Shown here: one piece after another, positions 20,957 to 30,474 of the stretch
How the letters are laid out: each line of letters starts with the position of its first letter
Position numbering within the stretch: the stretch's first letter is position 1
Source of the DNA: an uncultured Candidatus Rokubacteria bacterium
Lineage (GTDB): Bacteria > Methylomirabilota > Methylomirabilia > Rokubacteriales > CSP1-6
Reading direction: 5' to 3'
DNA length: 64,000 nt
Assembly (NCBI GenBank): GCA_963762145.1
Contig: CAVXJS010000013.1
Span: forward strand, 64,001-128,000
Position numbers and translations under genes: made by a program
The notes under the pieces: generated by a model
What the model was told of the DNA's origin: nothing
What the model saw: the letters and a program-made list of their open reading frames with translations, nothing else
The model's database searches: none

Positions 20957-21751
20957 ATGCTGACCCTCAACAACATCGAAGTGATCTACGACGGTGTCAT
21001 CCTCGTGCTCAAGGGGGTGTCGCTGGAGGTCCGGGAAGGCGGGATCACCACGCTCCTCGGGGCCAACGGCGCCGGGAAGACCACGACCCTGAAGGCCATC
21101 TCCGGCCTGCTGCGGACCGAGCGCGGGGAGGTGACGAAGGGCACGATCGAGCTCGCGGGCCAGCGTCTCGACCGCCTCGCCCCTCACGAGATGGTCCGGC
21201 GCGGGGTGGTGCAGGTCTTCGAGGGACGCCGGGTCTTCGAGCACCTGACGACCGAGGAGAACTTGATCGCGGGGGCGCACGTGCAGTCCGACCGCCAGCG
21301 CGTGGCTGGCGGGATCGAGCGGGTGTACCAGTACTTCCCGCGGTTGAAGGAGCGGCGCGCGGTGCAGGCAGGGTACCTCTCCGGCGGCGAGCAGCAGATG
21401 CTGGTCATCGGGCGCGCCCTCATGTCGGATCCGCGGGTGATCCTGCTCGACGAGCCGTCGCTCGGGCTGGCCCCGATGCTGGTCGAGGAGATCTTCGTGA
21501 TCGTGCAGCGGCTCAATCGCGAGCAGAAGCTGACCGTGCTCCTGGTGGAGCAGAACGCCACCATGGCCCTCGGCATCGCCGAGCACGGCTACGTGATGGA
21601 GAACGGCCGGATCGTCCTGGAGGGTGCGGGGGAAGCGCTGCGCGCGAACGCGGATATCAAGGAGTTCTACCTCGGCCTCACCGAGGTGGGAGCCCGGAAG
21701 TCCTACCGGGACGTGAAGCACTACAAGCGGCGCAAGCGGTGGCTGAGCTGA
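20957..21751 (+). CDS. ABC transporter ATP-binding protein (LivF-like)
   Basis: GANGAGKT, LSGGEQQ, LDEPSLG. Confidence 0.93.
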   Translation: MLTLNNIEVIYDGVILVLKGVSLEVREGGITTLLGANGAGKTTTLKAISGLLRTERGEVTKGTIELAGQRLDRLAPHEMVRRGVVQVFEGRRVFEHLTTEENLIAGAHVQSDRQRVAGGIERVYQYFPRLKERRAVQAGYLSGGEQQMLVIGRALMSDPRVILLDEPSLGLAPMLVEEIFVIVQRLNREQKLTVLLVEQNATMALGIAEHGYVMENGRIVLEGAGEALRANADIKEFYLGLTEVGARKSYRDVKHYKRRKRWLS

Positions 21752-23256
21752 GCGTTCACACCTTCACCGTCTACGACATGATCGCGCGGGCCGCCGCAGT
21801 TCACGGCGACGCGCCCGCGGTCATCCAGGGCGAGCGCGCGCTGTCGTTCCGGGCGCTCCAGGGGCGGGTGGACGAGCTGGCCACCGGGCTCGCCGGCCGG
21901 GGGCTCGCGGCGGGCGACCGGATCTGCGTGCTCGCCCAGAACGACACCGCCTACCTCGAGCTCTACGGGGCCTGCGCGCGCCAGGGCCTCACCGCCTATC
22001 CGATCAACTGGCGGCTCAGCGCCCAGGAGGTGGAGCGGGTGGTGGAGCGGGCCCGGCCCGCGATGATGGTGGTGGACGCCTCGACCCAGGCCCTGGTCGG
22101 CGACTGGCTCGGGGCCGCGGGCGTGACGCATCGCTATCAGCTCGGCGAGGGAGCCGACGCCGGCTTCACGCCGCTCGAGGGCCTCTACCGCAAGGGCCCG
22201 GCCCCTGATCCCGCGGACGTGCCCGCCGATGCCCCGTTCGCGGTGATCTCGACCGCGGCGGTGGACGTGGTGCCCCGCGGGGCGGTGCTGACCCACGCGA
22301 ACGTGATCGCGGCCAATCTCAGCACGATCGGCTGCCTCGGCTTCACCGCGCGCGACCGCTACCTGGTCGGCCTGCCGCTCTTCCATGTGAGCGCGCTGAT
22401 CATGGCCATGGCCCACCTGCACGCGGGGGGTGCCAACGTCATCGTGTCGCGCTTCGAGCCGACGGAAGCGGTGGCGCTCATCGACCGCCACCGGGTGACC
22501 CACGTGTCGAATTTCCCCCCGGTGCTGGCGAGCCTGCTCGACGCGGCCGAGAAGGCGGGCAGCGCGCTCCCGAGCCTGACCCACGTCTCCGGCCTCGACG
22601 CGCCCCAGACCATCCAGCGCCTGCACGAGAGAACGAAGGCGCAGTTCTGGACCGGCTTCGGCCAGTCCGAGACCAGTGGGTTCGTGACGCTCCAGCGGGT
22701 GACCGACCGGCCCGGCGCCTCCGGGCGGCCGGTGCCCGCCGCCCTGATCCGGCTCGTGGACGACTACGACCGCGAGGTGCCCGTCGGCACGCCGGGGGAG
22801 ATCGTCGTGCGGGGCCCGCTGGTCTTCCAGGGCTACTTCGGCCAGCCGGACGTCACCGCGTACACTTTCCGCAGCGGCTGGCACCACACGGGCGACGTGG
22901 GCCGCTTCGACGCCGATGGGTACCTGCACTACGTCAAGCGCAAGCCGGAGAAGGAGCTGATCAAGCCGGGCGGCGAGAACGTGTACCCGGCGGAGGTCGA
23001 GGCGGTGATCATGCAGATGGCCGGCGTGACCGGCGTCTGCGTCTACGGCATCCCCGACGCCCGGTGGGGTGAGGCGGTCAAGGCGGTGGTGGAGGTGGCC
23101 GCGCCGGGGACGCACACCGCGCAGCAGGTGACCGACTTCGTGGGCGGCAAGATCGCTCGCTTCAAGCGGCCGCACGTGGTGGCGTTCTGCGAAGCCCTGC
23201 CGCGCACCGCGGAGGGGGCGATCGACCGCGACGGGGTGAAGGCACGCTGGTCGTGA
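21748..23256 (+). CDS. AMP-binding acyl-CoA ligase with a divergent P-loop (CTG start probable; first ATG at 21778)
   Basis: GFGQSET, HHTGDVG, IKPGGENVYPAEVE; A3 region reads ISTAAVDVVPRG. Confidence 0.85.
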   Translation: MSVHTFTVYDMIARAAAVHGDAPAVIQGERALSFRALQGRVDELATGLAGRGLAAGDRICVLAQNDTAYLELYGACARQGLTAYPINWRLSAQEVERVVERARPAMMVVDASTQALVGDWLGAAGVTHRYQLGEGADAGFTPLEGLYRKGPAPDPADVPADAPFAVISTAAVDVVPRGAVLTHANVIAANLSTIGCLGFTARDRYLVGLPLFHVSALIMAMAHLHAGGANVIVSRFEPTEAVALIDRHRVTHVSNFPPVLASLLDAAEKAGSALPSLTHVSGLDAPQTIQRLHERTKAQFWTGFGQSETSGFVTLQRVTDRPGASGRPVPAALIRLVDDYDREVPVGTPGEIVVRGPLVFQGYFGQPDVTAYTFRSGWHHTGDVGRFDADGYLHYVKRKPEKELIKPGGENVYPAEVEAVIMQMAGVTGVCVYGIPDARWGEAVKAVVEVAAPGTHTAQQVTDFVGGKIARFKRPHVVAFCEALPRTAEGAIDRDGVKARWS

Positions 23257-24410
23257 AGATCTTCGACGAGCACCACGAGATGTTCCGGCAGGCGGTGCGC
23301 GCCTTCGTGCAGAAGGAAGTGGAGCCGCACGTCGAGGCGTGGGAGGAGGCCGGGGAGATCCCGAAGTCCATCTGGCCGCGGATGGGCGCGCTCGGCTTCC
23401 TCGGCGTGGAGTACGACGAGAAGTACGGCGGCGCCGGCGCCGACGTGCTCACCACCGCGGTGCTGTGCGAGGAGATGGCCCGAGCCCGCTGCGCCTCGCT
23501 CGCGATGGCGGTCGGGGTGCACACCGATATGGCCTCCCCGCACCTGTACTGGACGGGCAGCGAGGCCCTCAAGGAGAAGTATCTGCCCGCGATCTGCCGC
23601 GGCGAGGCCCTCACCGCGATCGCGGTGACCGAGCCCGGCGGCGGCTCCGACGTGGCCGCCATCCGGACGCGCGCGGTCCGTGACGGCGACCACTACGTGC
23701 TCGACGGCTCCAAGATGTTCATCACCAACGGAGTGCTGGCGGATCTCTACTTCGTGGCCGCCCGGATCCAGGACTCCTCGCCGAGGGGGGAAGGGGGGCG
23801 CCACCGGGGGATCTCGATGTTCCTGGTGGAGCGCAACACGCCCGGGTTCACGGTGAGCCGGAAGCTCGACAAGATGGGCAACCGCGCCTCCGACACCGCC
23901 GAGCTCGCCTTCGAGGGTATGCGGGTGCCCGCCGGGAACCTCCTGGGCACCGAGGGCAAGGGGTTCTACGAGGTCATGCGCGTGTTCCAGCGGGAGCGCC
24001 TGGTGGCGGGCCTGCACGCGGTGGCCGGCTGCGAGCGGGCGCTGGAGGACACCATCGCCTACGTCCAGCAGCGCCACGCCTTCGACGAGCCCCTCGCGAA
24101 GAAGCAGGTGGTGCGGCACAAGCTGGCCGACCTCGCCACCCTCATCGAGGCCGGCCGCTGGCTCACCTACGCGGCGTGCCTGAAGTTCCGCGACCGGGAG
24201 GAGGCGGTGAAGGAGATCTCGATGGTGAAGCTCTTCACCGCCGAGATGGCCCAGAAGGTCGCCTACGACTGCGTGCAGCTGCACGGCGGGTACGGCTACA
24301 TGCGCGAGTACCCCATCGAGCGCTTCTTCCGGGACATCCGCCTGATGACCATCGGCGGCGGGACCTCCGAGATCATGAAGGAGATCATCGCCAAGCAGAT
24401 GGCGTTATGA
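23253..24410 (+). CDS. Acyl-CoA dehydrogenase
   Basis: AVTEPGGGSDVA, GSKMFITNG, QLHGGYGY, IGGGTSEIM. Confidence 0.95.
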   Translation: MKIFDEHHEMFRQAVRAFVQKEVEPHVEAWEEAGEIPKSIWPRMGALGFLGVEYDEKYGGAGADVLTTAVLCEEMARARCASLAMAVGVHTDMASPHLYWTGSEALKEKYLPAICRGEALTAIAVTEPGGGSDVAAIRTRAVRDGDHYVLDGSKMFITNGVLADLYFVAARIQDSSPRGEGGRHRGISMFLVERNTPGFTVSRKLDKMGNRASDTAELAFEGMRVPAGNLLGTEGKGFYEVMRVFQRERLVAGLHAVAGCERALEDTIAYVQQRHAFDEPLAKKQVVRHKLADLATLIEAGRWLTYAACLKFRDREEAVKEISMVKLFTAEMAQKVAYDCVQLHGGYGYMREYPIERFFRDIRLMTIGGGTSEIMKEIIAKQMAL

Positions 24411-25270
24411 GCGCGGTGGACTTCGTCGCGATCGGCCACGTCACGCTCGATCAGACCGCGCACGGCACCCGGCCCGGCGGGGCGGCCTACTACACCGCGA
24501 TGACCGCCCACCGCCTGGGCCTGTCGGTGGGATTGCTCACCTCCTTCGGCCCGGACTTCCCGGCCGACGCGATCCCGCCGGACGTCGAGGTGGTCAACGT
24601 CGCGGCCCAGCAGACCACCACGTTCCGGATCGGGAGACCCCGGCCCGGCCAGGACCCGCGGCGGCGCGAGCTCGCGGTGCTGGCGCGGGCGCTGGATCTC
24701 GAGGCCGACGCGCTGCCCGAGGCGTGGCGGGACGCGACGCTGGGGGCCCTGGCCCCCGTGACCGGCGAGGTGGACCCCGCCTTCGCGGTCGCGTTCCCGG
24801 AGACCTCGCTGGTGGCGCTGCCGCAGGGCTGGATGCGCCAGCGCGGCAAGGGGGGCGTGCTCGCGCCCCAGCCGTGGGAGGACGCCGACCTGGTCCTGCC
24901 GCGGGTGCAGGCGCTGGTGGTCAGCCACGAGGACGTGGAGCCCTTCGAGAAGGACGCGCTGGAATGGTTCCAGCAGGTGCCGGTCGGCGCGGTCACCCGC
25001 GGGGCCGACGGGGCGGTCCTCTTCGTCAACGGCGAGCGGTACGGCGTCGAGCCGGACGTCGCGGTCGAGCGGGACGCCACCGGCGCGGGCGACGTCTTCG
25101 CGGCCGCGCTGCTCATCGCCTACCACCGGGACGGCAACGCGTGGGACGCCGCCTCGATCGCCGCGTGCTGCGCCGCGGCCTCGGTGGAGGCGGAAGGCGT
25201 CGCGGGCGTCCCCGAACGCGCCGCGCTCGAGGCCCGGCTCGCCGCCTACCGCCGGCGCCTCGGCATCTGA
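24407..25270 (+). CDS. PfkB/ribokinase family carbohydrate kinase
   Basis: ATGA overlap; IGHVTLD, PGGAA, DATGAGDVF. Confidence 0.88.
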   Translation: MSAVDFVAIGHVTLDQTAHGTRPGGAAYYTAMTAHRLGLSVGLLTSFGPDFPADAIPPDVEVVNVAAQQTTTFRIGRPRPGQDPRRRELAVLARALDLEADALPEAWRDATLGALAPVTGEVDPAFAVAFPETSLVALPQGWMRQRGKGGVLAPQPWEDADLVLPRVQALVVSHEDVEPFEKDALEWFQQVPVGAVTRGADGAVLFVNGERYGVEPDVAVERDATGAGDVFAAALLIAYHRDGNAWDAASIAACCAAASVEAEGVAGVPERAALEARLAAYRRRLGI

Positions 25271-25278
25271 GCCGGGCA

Positions 25279-25312
25279 TTGCCCGGACCGGCCATTTTGG
25301 CTAAAATGGCCG
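25279..25312 (+). promoter_or_regulatory. Sigma70 promoter with overlapping palindromic operator of the TA pair
   Basis: TTGCCC (25279) - 17 bp - TAAAAT (25302); CGGCCATTTT-GGCT-AAAATGGCCG perfect 10-bp inverted repeat at 25289-25312. Confidence 0.75.
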
Positions 25313-25329
25313 TAACGAGGGAGGAGCCC

Positions 25330-25719
25330 ATGGCCAGGCGCCGGACCGCGGTCAGCAAGGGGGGCGCGACGCGCCCACCCGCCTTTCGCAACCGACGAGG
25401 CGAGCAGGTCGAGCCCCGGTCGTTCTCGGCCAGCGACGCGAAGAACCAGTTCGGACGGGTGCTCGAGACCGCGCTCGCGGACGGGGTCGTGATGATCACC
25501 AAGCACGACGCGGTCCGAGCGGTGCTCGTCTCGGCGGAGGAGTTCGCCGCGCTCACCGGCGCGCGCGAGCCCGCCCTGGACACGCTCAGCCGCGAGTTCG
25601 ATCGGATGCTGGCCCGCATGCAGACGCCGAAGAGCCGCGCCGGGATGAAGAGCGCCTTCGAGGCGACCCCGAAGCAGCTCGGGCAGGCGGCGGTGGAGGG
25701 CGCGCGGCGGCGTGCCTGA
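25330..25719 (+). CDS. Phd/YefM family antitoxin
   Basis: GAGGAG RBS; SASDAKNQFGRVLE..VMITKHDAVRAVLVSAEEF is the Phd N-terminal fold pattern. Confidence 0.82.
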   Translation: MARRRTAVSKGGATRPPAFRNRRGEQVEPRSFSASDAKNQFGRVLETALADGVVMITKHDAVRAVLVSAEEFAALTGAREPALDTLSREFDRMLARMQTPKSRAGMKSAFEATPKQLGQAAVEGARRRA

Positions 25720-26350
25720 TCGCCCGCGCGCCCCCCGCATCTACGTTCTCGCGGGGACCAACGGCGCGGGCAAGAGCAGCATCGCCGGCGCCATGCTGCT
25801 CGGGCGGCGGGTGGAGTACTTCAACCCGGACGAGGCCGCGCGCCGGATCCTCGCCGCCAATCCCGGGGCCAGCCAGACGCAGGCGAACAGCGCGGCGTGG
25901 CTAGAGGGCCGGCGCCTCCTGGAGCGGGCGATCGCCGAGCGGCTCGATTTCGCCTTCGAGACCACGCTGGGCGGGCGCACGATCACGGGCCTGCTCGAGC
26001 GCGCGGCCGCGCGGGGCATCGAGGTGCGCGTCTGGTACGTCGGGCTCTCCAGCCCGGATCTGCACGTCGCGCGCGTGCGGGCCCGGGTCGCGAAGGGCGG
26101 CCACGACATTCCGGAGTCACGGATCCGCGAGCGGTACGACGCGAGCCGGCTCAACCTCATCCGGCTGCTCCCGAGCCTCCACGAGCTGCGGGTCTACGAC
26201 AATAGCGTGGAGGCGGATCCGGACGCCGGGGTGGCGCCCGAGCCGAGGCTGGTTCTGCATCTTCGCCGCGGGACGATCGTGGGCCCGCGCGACGTGAGCC
26301 TCACGCCGGCGTGGGCGAAGGCGATCGTCGCCGCCGCCATGAAGGTGTGA
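25712..26350 (+). CDS. Zeta-toxin-like P-loop kinase (COG4185-type)
   Basis: LAGTNGAGKSS, FNPDE, FAFETTLGG, RVRARVAKGGHDIPE. Confidence 0.82.
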   Translation: MPDRPRAPRIYVLAGTNGAGKSSIAGAMLLGRRVEYFNPDEAARRILAANPGASQTQANSAAWLEGRRLLERAIAERLDFAFETTLGGRTITGLLERAAARGIEVRVWYVGLSSPDLHVARVRARVAKGGHDIPESRIRERYDASRLNLIRLLPSLHELRVYDNSVEADPDAGVAPEPRLVLHLRRGTIVGPRDVSLTPAWAKAIVAAAMKV

Positions 26351-26364
26351 GGCGGGCTTGAACC

Positions 26365-26393
26365 TTGCCGCCGACCGGAGCCGGGGCTACACT
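26365..26393 (+). promoter_or_regulatory. Sigma70 promoter
   Basis: TTGCCG - 17 bp - TACACT. Confidence 0.5.
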
Positions 26394-26417
26394 TCGGAGC
26401 GGGCGGACGAATCAACA

Positions 26418-26792
26418 ATGGCGGAGAGGAAAATCCGGATCACCGCGGGCCGCGTCACGGCCGACGCGGTGCTCAACGGCTCGAAGACGGCGGCGGCGAT
26501 CTGGGACGCGCTGCCGCTCGACATCCCCGGTGAGACCTGGGGCGACGAGATCTACTTCGGCATTCCAGTGAAGGCCAAGGCGGAGGACGTTCGCGAGGTG
26601 GTGGACATGGGCGATCTGGCCTACTGGCCTCCCGGCTCCGCGTTCTGCATCTTCTTCGGCCCGACGCCGTCGAGCCGGGGCGACGAGATCCGGCCGGCGA
26701 GCCCGGTCAACGTGTTCGGTCGTGTGCTGGGTGATCCCACCGTGTTCAAGTCGGTGCGCTCCGGGACCAAGGTCCGCGTCGAGCGCGCCTGA
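26418..26792 (+). CDS. Cyclophilin-like fold protein (TM1367/AF2241-like)
   Basis: [37 protein letters not shown]. Confidence 0.82.
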   Translation: MAERKIRITAGRVTADAVLNGSKTAAAIWDALPLDIPGETWGDEIYFGIPVKAKAEDVREVVDMGDLAYWPPGSAFCIFFGPTPSSRGDEIRPASPVNVFGRVLGDPTVFKSVRSGTKVRVERA

Positions 26793-26805
26793 CAGGGAGG
26801 ACTGG

Positions 26806-27456
26806 ATGAAGATCTTTCTGGATAGCGCGAACGTGGCCGAGCTGCGGGAGGGCGTTGCGATGGGCCTGGTGGACGGCTGCACGACCAATCCCTCGCTGAT
26901 CGCCAAGGAGAAGCGGCCGTTCCGCCCCCTGGTCGAGGAGATCTGCCGGACGGTCCCCGGCGACGTGAGCCTCGAGGTGGTGGCCACCGACTTCGACGGC
27001 ATGGTGAAGGAAGGCAAGGAGCTGGTGCAGGTGGCGCCCAACGTGGTGGTCAAGTGCCCGCTCACGAAGGACGGGCTCAAGGCGGTGAAGTACCTGACCG
27101 GCGAGGGCATCCGCGTCAACCAGACCCTCTGCTTCTCGGCCCCGCAGGCCCTGCTCTCCGCCAAGGCGGGCGCGGTCTACATCAGCCCGTTCCTGGGGCG
27201 GCTCGACGACATCGGCCACGTGGGCATGGACCTGATCCGGGACATCTGCGAGATCTACCGCAACTACGGTTTCAAGACCCAGGTGCTGGCGGCCTCGATC
27301 CGCAACCCGCTCCACGTCATCGACGCCGCCAAGGCGGGCGCCCATGTGGCCACCATGCCCTTCAACGTGCTCGAGATGCTGATGAAGCACCCCCTCACCG
27401 ACATCGGCCTCAAGAAGTTCCTCGACGACTGGAACAAGCTCGGCGAGAAGATCTAG
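26806..27456 (+). CDS. fsa: Transaldolase / fructose-6-phosphate aldolase (small TalC/Fsa type)
   Basis: GGAGG RBS; IFLDSAN, TTNPSL, VVKCP (Schiff-base Lys), [16 protein letters not shown]. Confidence 0.92.
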   Translation: MKIFLDSANVAELREGVAMGLVDGCTTNPSLIAKEKRPFRPLVEEICRTVPGDVSLEVVATDFDGMVKEGKELVQVAPNVVVKCPLTKDGLKAVKYLTGEGIRVNQTLCFSAPQALLSAKAGAVYISPFLGRLDDIGHVGMDLIRDICEIYRNYGFKTQVLAASIRNPLHVIDAAKAGAHVATMPFNVLEMLMKHPLTDIGLKKFLDDWNKLGEKI

Positions 27457-27465
27457 CCCTGTTCT

Positions 27466-27500
27466 CCCTCTCCCCCCTGGGGAGAGGGCAGGGTGAGAGG
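27466..27500. repeat. REP-like palindrome, copy 2 (right half only)
   Basis: CCCTCTCCCC-CCT-GGGGAGAGGG-CAGGGTGAGAGG. Confidence 0.8.
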
Positions 27501-27771
27501 CGGTCTGCTGGGACGAGCTATTCATCGCGTACTCGGACTCTTTCGACCACCTCGCCACTTTCCACTTGACAAGGTCTCACCGGCGGCCTCCCCGGGCGTC
27601 GCGTCCGCGGAAGGAATGCCGACGCAGCGTCACGAGTGCGCCCCGTGATCCGCGATCGCGGCACCGGCGACGAGCAATCATGGCACGTTCCGCCTTCTCG
27701 CAACGTGGGCGGTTCCAGGAGCCGCCGAATCCCGGGGTTAGAGTCATCCCAGCAGAAAAGGGGGACTCGCC

Positions 27772-29128
27772 ATGTCGACACTCGTCGGATCGTCCTTTCA
27801 CGGTTCAGCCGACGCCGCCATCCATTGCGGAGATGGATCGCCTCGGTGACCAGATCGCCGAGCTCTCCGCCCATCTCGAGGCGGCGACGGCCCGCTTGCT
27901 TGCGCTGGTCCGTGAGTTCGATGCGCGCGGAGGCTGGGCCAACGGCTTCCGCTCCTGCGCCGAATGGCTCGCCTGGCGGGTGAGACCTCGACCTGGGCGC
28001 AGCCCGTGAGCGAGTCCGGGTTGCGCGCGCCCTCGGAACGCTGCCCGCCCTGGCCGACGCCCTGGCACGCGGTGAGCTCTCTTATGCCAAAGTCCGTGCT
28101 CTGACCCGCATCGCGACCCCCGAGACCGAAGCCCGGCTGCTCGCCGTGGGGCGCGGCGGCACGGCGGCCCACGTGGAGAGCATCGTGCGGGGCTGGCGCC
28201 GCTTCGACGGGCAGGCCGAGGCCCGCGTGGCCACGTGCCAGCACGCAGGCCGGGCGCTGCACGTCCACCAGGAGGAGGATGGCACCGTGGTCCTCCGCGG
28301 GCGCCTGACGCCGGAGGTCGGAGCGCTACTCCTCCGGGCTCTTGACGCCGCTCGCGAGACGCTGTATCAGCGCCGCCGCCCGAGGCCGCTCAGCCGGCCA
28401 CTGACCCGGCAGCAGAGGCCCTGACCCGGCCGCAGCAGCAGGCCGACGCCCTGGCCCTGCTGGCGGAGACGGCGCTGCATCACGAGCTCGACCCGGGCGC
28501 GCCCGGGGAGCGGTACCAGGTGGTGGTGCACGTGGACGCCACGGTCCTGGCGGACCCGGCCACGCCAGGGCAATCGGTGCTGGAGGAGGGGACGCGCGTT
28601 TCCGCGGAAACGTCGCGGCGGCTGGCGTGTGACGCGAGCCGGGTAGTGATGCGGCACGATGCGGACGGGCGGGTGGTGGAGGTCGGGGCCCGAACACGCA
28701 CGATCCCGCCTGCCCTACGACGGGCGCTGCAGCAGCGGGACAAGACCTGCCGCTTCCCGGGCTGCAATGTCCGGATCGCTGAGGGGCATCACGTACGCCA
28801 TTGGGCCCACGCGGGTCCGACAAAACTATCGAATCTGGCGCTCCTCTGCCGCCGGCATCACCGGGCGGTGCAGGAGGAGGGTTACCAGCTCGAGCGACTA
28901 CCCGACGGGGCGCTCGAGTTCCGACGCCCGGATGGCCGGCCGCTGCCGGACGTGCCGCCGCCGGCGGCGGTGCCCGCGGATCCCGCCGGAGGGATCCGAG
29001 CGCAGAACGCTGCGCAGGGGCTCACGGTCCATGCGCGCACGGGGCTCGCGCAGTGGTATGGAGAGCGATTGGACGTGCGCTGGGCGCTCGATCTACTGCA
29101 CCCGCGGGCGGGCCGATCCGTTCGATGA
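27772..29128 (+). pseudogene. DUF222 + HNH endonuclease (13E12-repeat-like), about three frameshifts
   Basis: GGGGA RBS + ATG 27772; IAELSAHLEAATARLL..FRSCAEWL, ARERVRVARAL..LSYAKVRALTR, RRLACDA, RRALQQRDKTCRFPGC, HHVRHW..GPT..SNLALLCRRHH; shifts near 27820, 27985, 28390. Confidence 0.78.
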
Positions 29129-29170
29129 TGTCGCAGCACGGTCGACTGGGCCAAGCGCGGCGAGAGATTC

Positions 29171-29197
29171 CACCCGTTTCCTGTTGTCCTCCGTATA
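29171..29197 (+). promoter_or_regulatory. Possible ECF-type (autoregulatory) promoter
   Basis: CACCC followed by a T-tract, then CGTA 16 bp later, ~20 nt upstream of the sigma ATG. Confidence 0.3.
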
Positions 29198-29216
29198 TCT
29201 CCTGTGAGGGCATGAG

Positions 29217-29753
29217 ATGGACGTGGAGCGGGAGCTGATGGAGCGGGTGGCGAAGGGCGACCAGGGCGCGTTCGGCGACCTGGCCCAGCGCTACAGCGGC
29301 AAGCTGCTGGCGGTGGCCGGGCGGCTGCTCGGCTCCCGGGTAGACGCCGAGGACGCCGTCCAGCGCGCGTTCCTGCAGTGCTACGCGGGGGCGGCCGGCT
29401 ACAACCCGCGCTGGGCCGTCTCCACCTGGCTGTACCGCATCCTCACCAACGTGTGCGTGGACGAGCTGCGGCGCCGCGCCACCCGCACCGCCCACGACGA
29501 GCGCTCGGCCGCCGGGCCCCTCACGTCGAGCAACCACCGCCCGCCCGACGCCTATCTCGATCTGCACCGGGCGTTCGAGCGGGTGCCGCGCGAGGCGCGG
29601 GTGCTCCTGGCCCTCCGCTATGTGGACGGGCTCTCCTACGGAGAGCTGGCGCGGATCCGCGGCATCACGATCAATACCGTGAAGAGCCAGCTCGCGCGGG
29701 GCAAGGCCCTGCTGCGAGATGAGCTCGGCAAGCGAGGAGCAGGCCATGATTGA
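29217..29753 (+). CDS. ECF RNA polymerase sigma factor
   Basis: GDQGAFGDL, DAEDAVQ, STWLYRILTN, GLSYGELA..TVKSQLARG. Confidence 0.92.
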   Translation: MDVERELMERVAKGDQGAFGDLAQRYSGKLLAVAGRLLGSRVDAEDAVQRAFLQCYAGAAGYNPRWAVSTWLYRILTNVCVDELRRRATRTAHDERSAAGPLTSSNHRPPDAYLDLHRAFERVPREARVLLALRYVDGLSYGELARIRGITINTVKSQLARGKALLRDELGKRGAGHD

Positions 29754-30474
29754 CGCCAAGGGACAGGGACAGGATCATCTCGACCGGCTGCTGGTGGACT
29801 ACTTCCGCCCGGAGACATCTCCGGCGGACATGGGGCGGCGGCTCGCGGCGGCGGCCCGCGAGTCCGAGACCGCGCTGACGCGGCTCGAAGGCCAGCTGGG
29901 TATCGAGGCGACGCCGCGAGGCATCTCGCTCGTCCGCACCGGCCCGGCCGGGAAGCCGGCCACCGCGGCCGCGCGGAAGCTGATCGACCAGGCGCGGGAG
30001 GAGATCCACGAGTACCTGCGGGGCCAGCGCGCCTTCTTCCGGGTGCCGGTGGATCTTCGCACGGTGCCGGACTTTCAGCGGAAAGTCCTGGAGGCGGCCC
30101 GGCGCATCCCGTTCGGCGAGGGGCGGCCCTACGCGTGGATCGCCGAGCGCATCGGCAATCCCCGCGCGGTGCGGGCGGTGGGCACCGCGCTCGGCCGCAA
30201 CCCGGTGCCGCTCATCCTGCCCTGCCACCGCGTGTGGCGGAGCGACGGCGGTCTCGGCGGCTACATCTTCGGCGCGGCGGTGAAGGACGGGCTCGCCGCG
30301 CTCGAGCGCACCACGCCGGTGCTGGAGGGCTGCACGAGCACCCGCATCGTGTGCCGCGTGGGCTGCATCCACGGCCGCCACATGCGTCCGGACAACCGCG
30401 TGGTGTTCGCCTCGGTGGACGACGCGCGCTCGGTGGGGTATCGGCCGTGCAAAGTATGCCGACCGGCGGCCTGA
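29746..30474 (+). CDS. ogt: Methylated-DNA-protein-cysteine methyltransferase fused to a C-terminal Ada zinc (methylphosphotriester) domain
   Basis: FQRKVL, IPFGE, RAVGTALGRNP, active-site PCHRV; C-terminal CRVGC...GYRPCKVCRP. Confidence 0.88.
   Translation: MIDAKGQGQDHLDRLLVDYFRPETSPADMGRRLAAAARESETALTRLEGQLGIEATPRGISLVRTGPAGKPATAAARKLIDQAREEIHEYLRGQRAFFRVPVDLRTVPDFQRKVLEAARRIPFGEGRPYAWIAERIGNPRAVRAVGTALGRNPVPLILPCHRVWRSDGGLGGYIFGAAVKDGLAALERTTPVLEGCTSTRIVCRVGCIHGRHMRPDNRVVFASVDDARSVGYRPCKVCRPAA

Noticed and set aside
27777-27787. GACACTCGTCG identical to part of the 54635 operator
   Set aside because: Lacks the GTTTAG half and lies inside the HNH coding start; probably chance.
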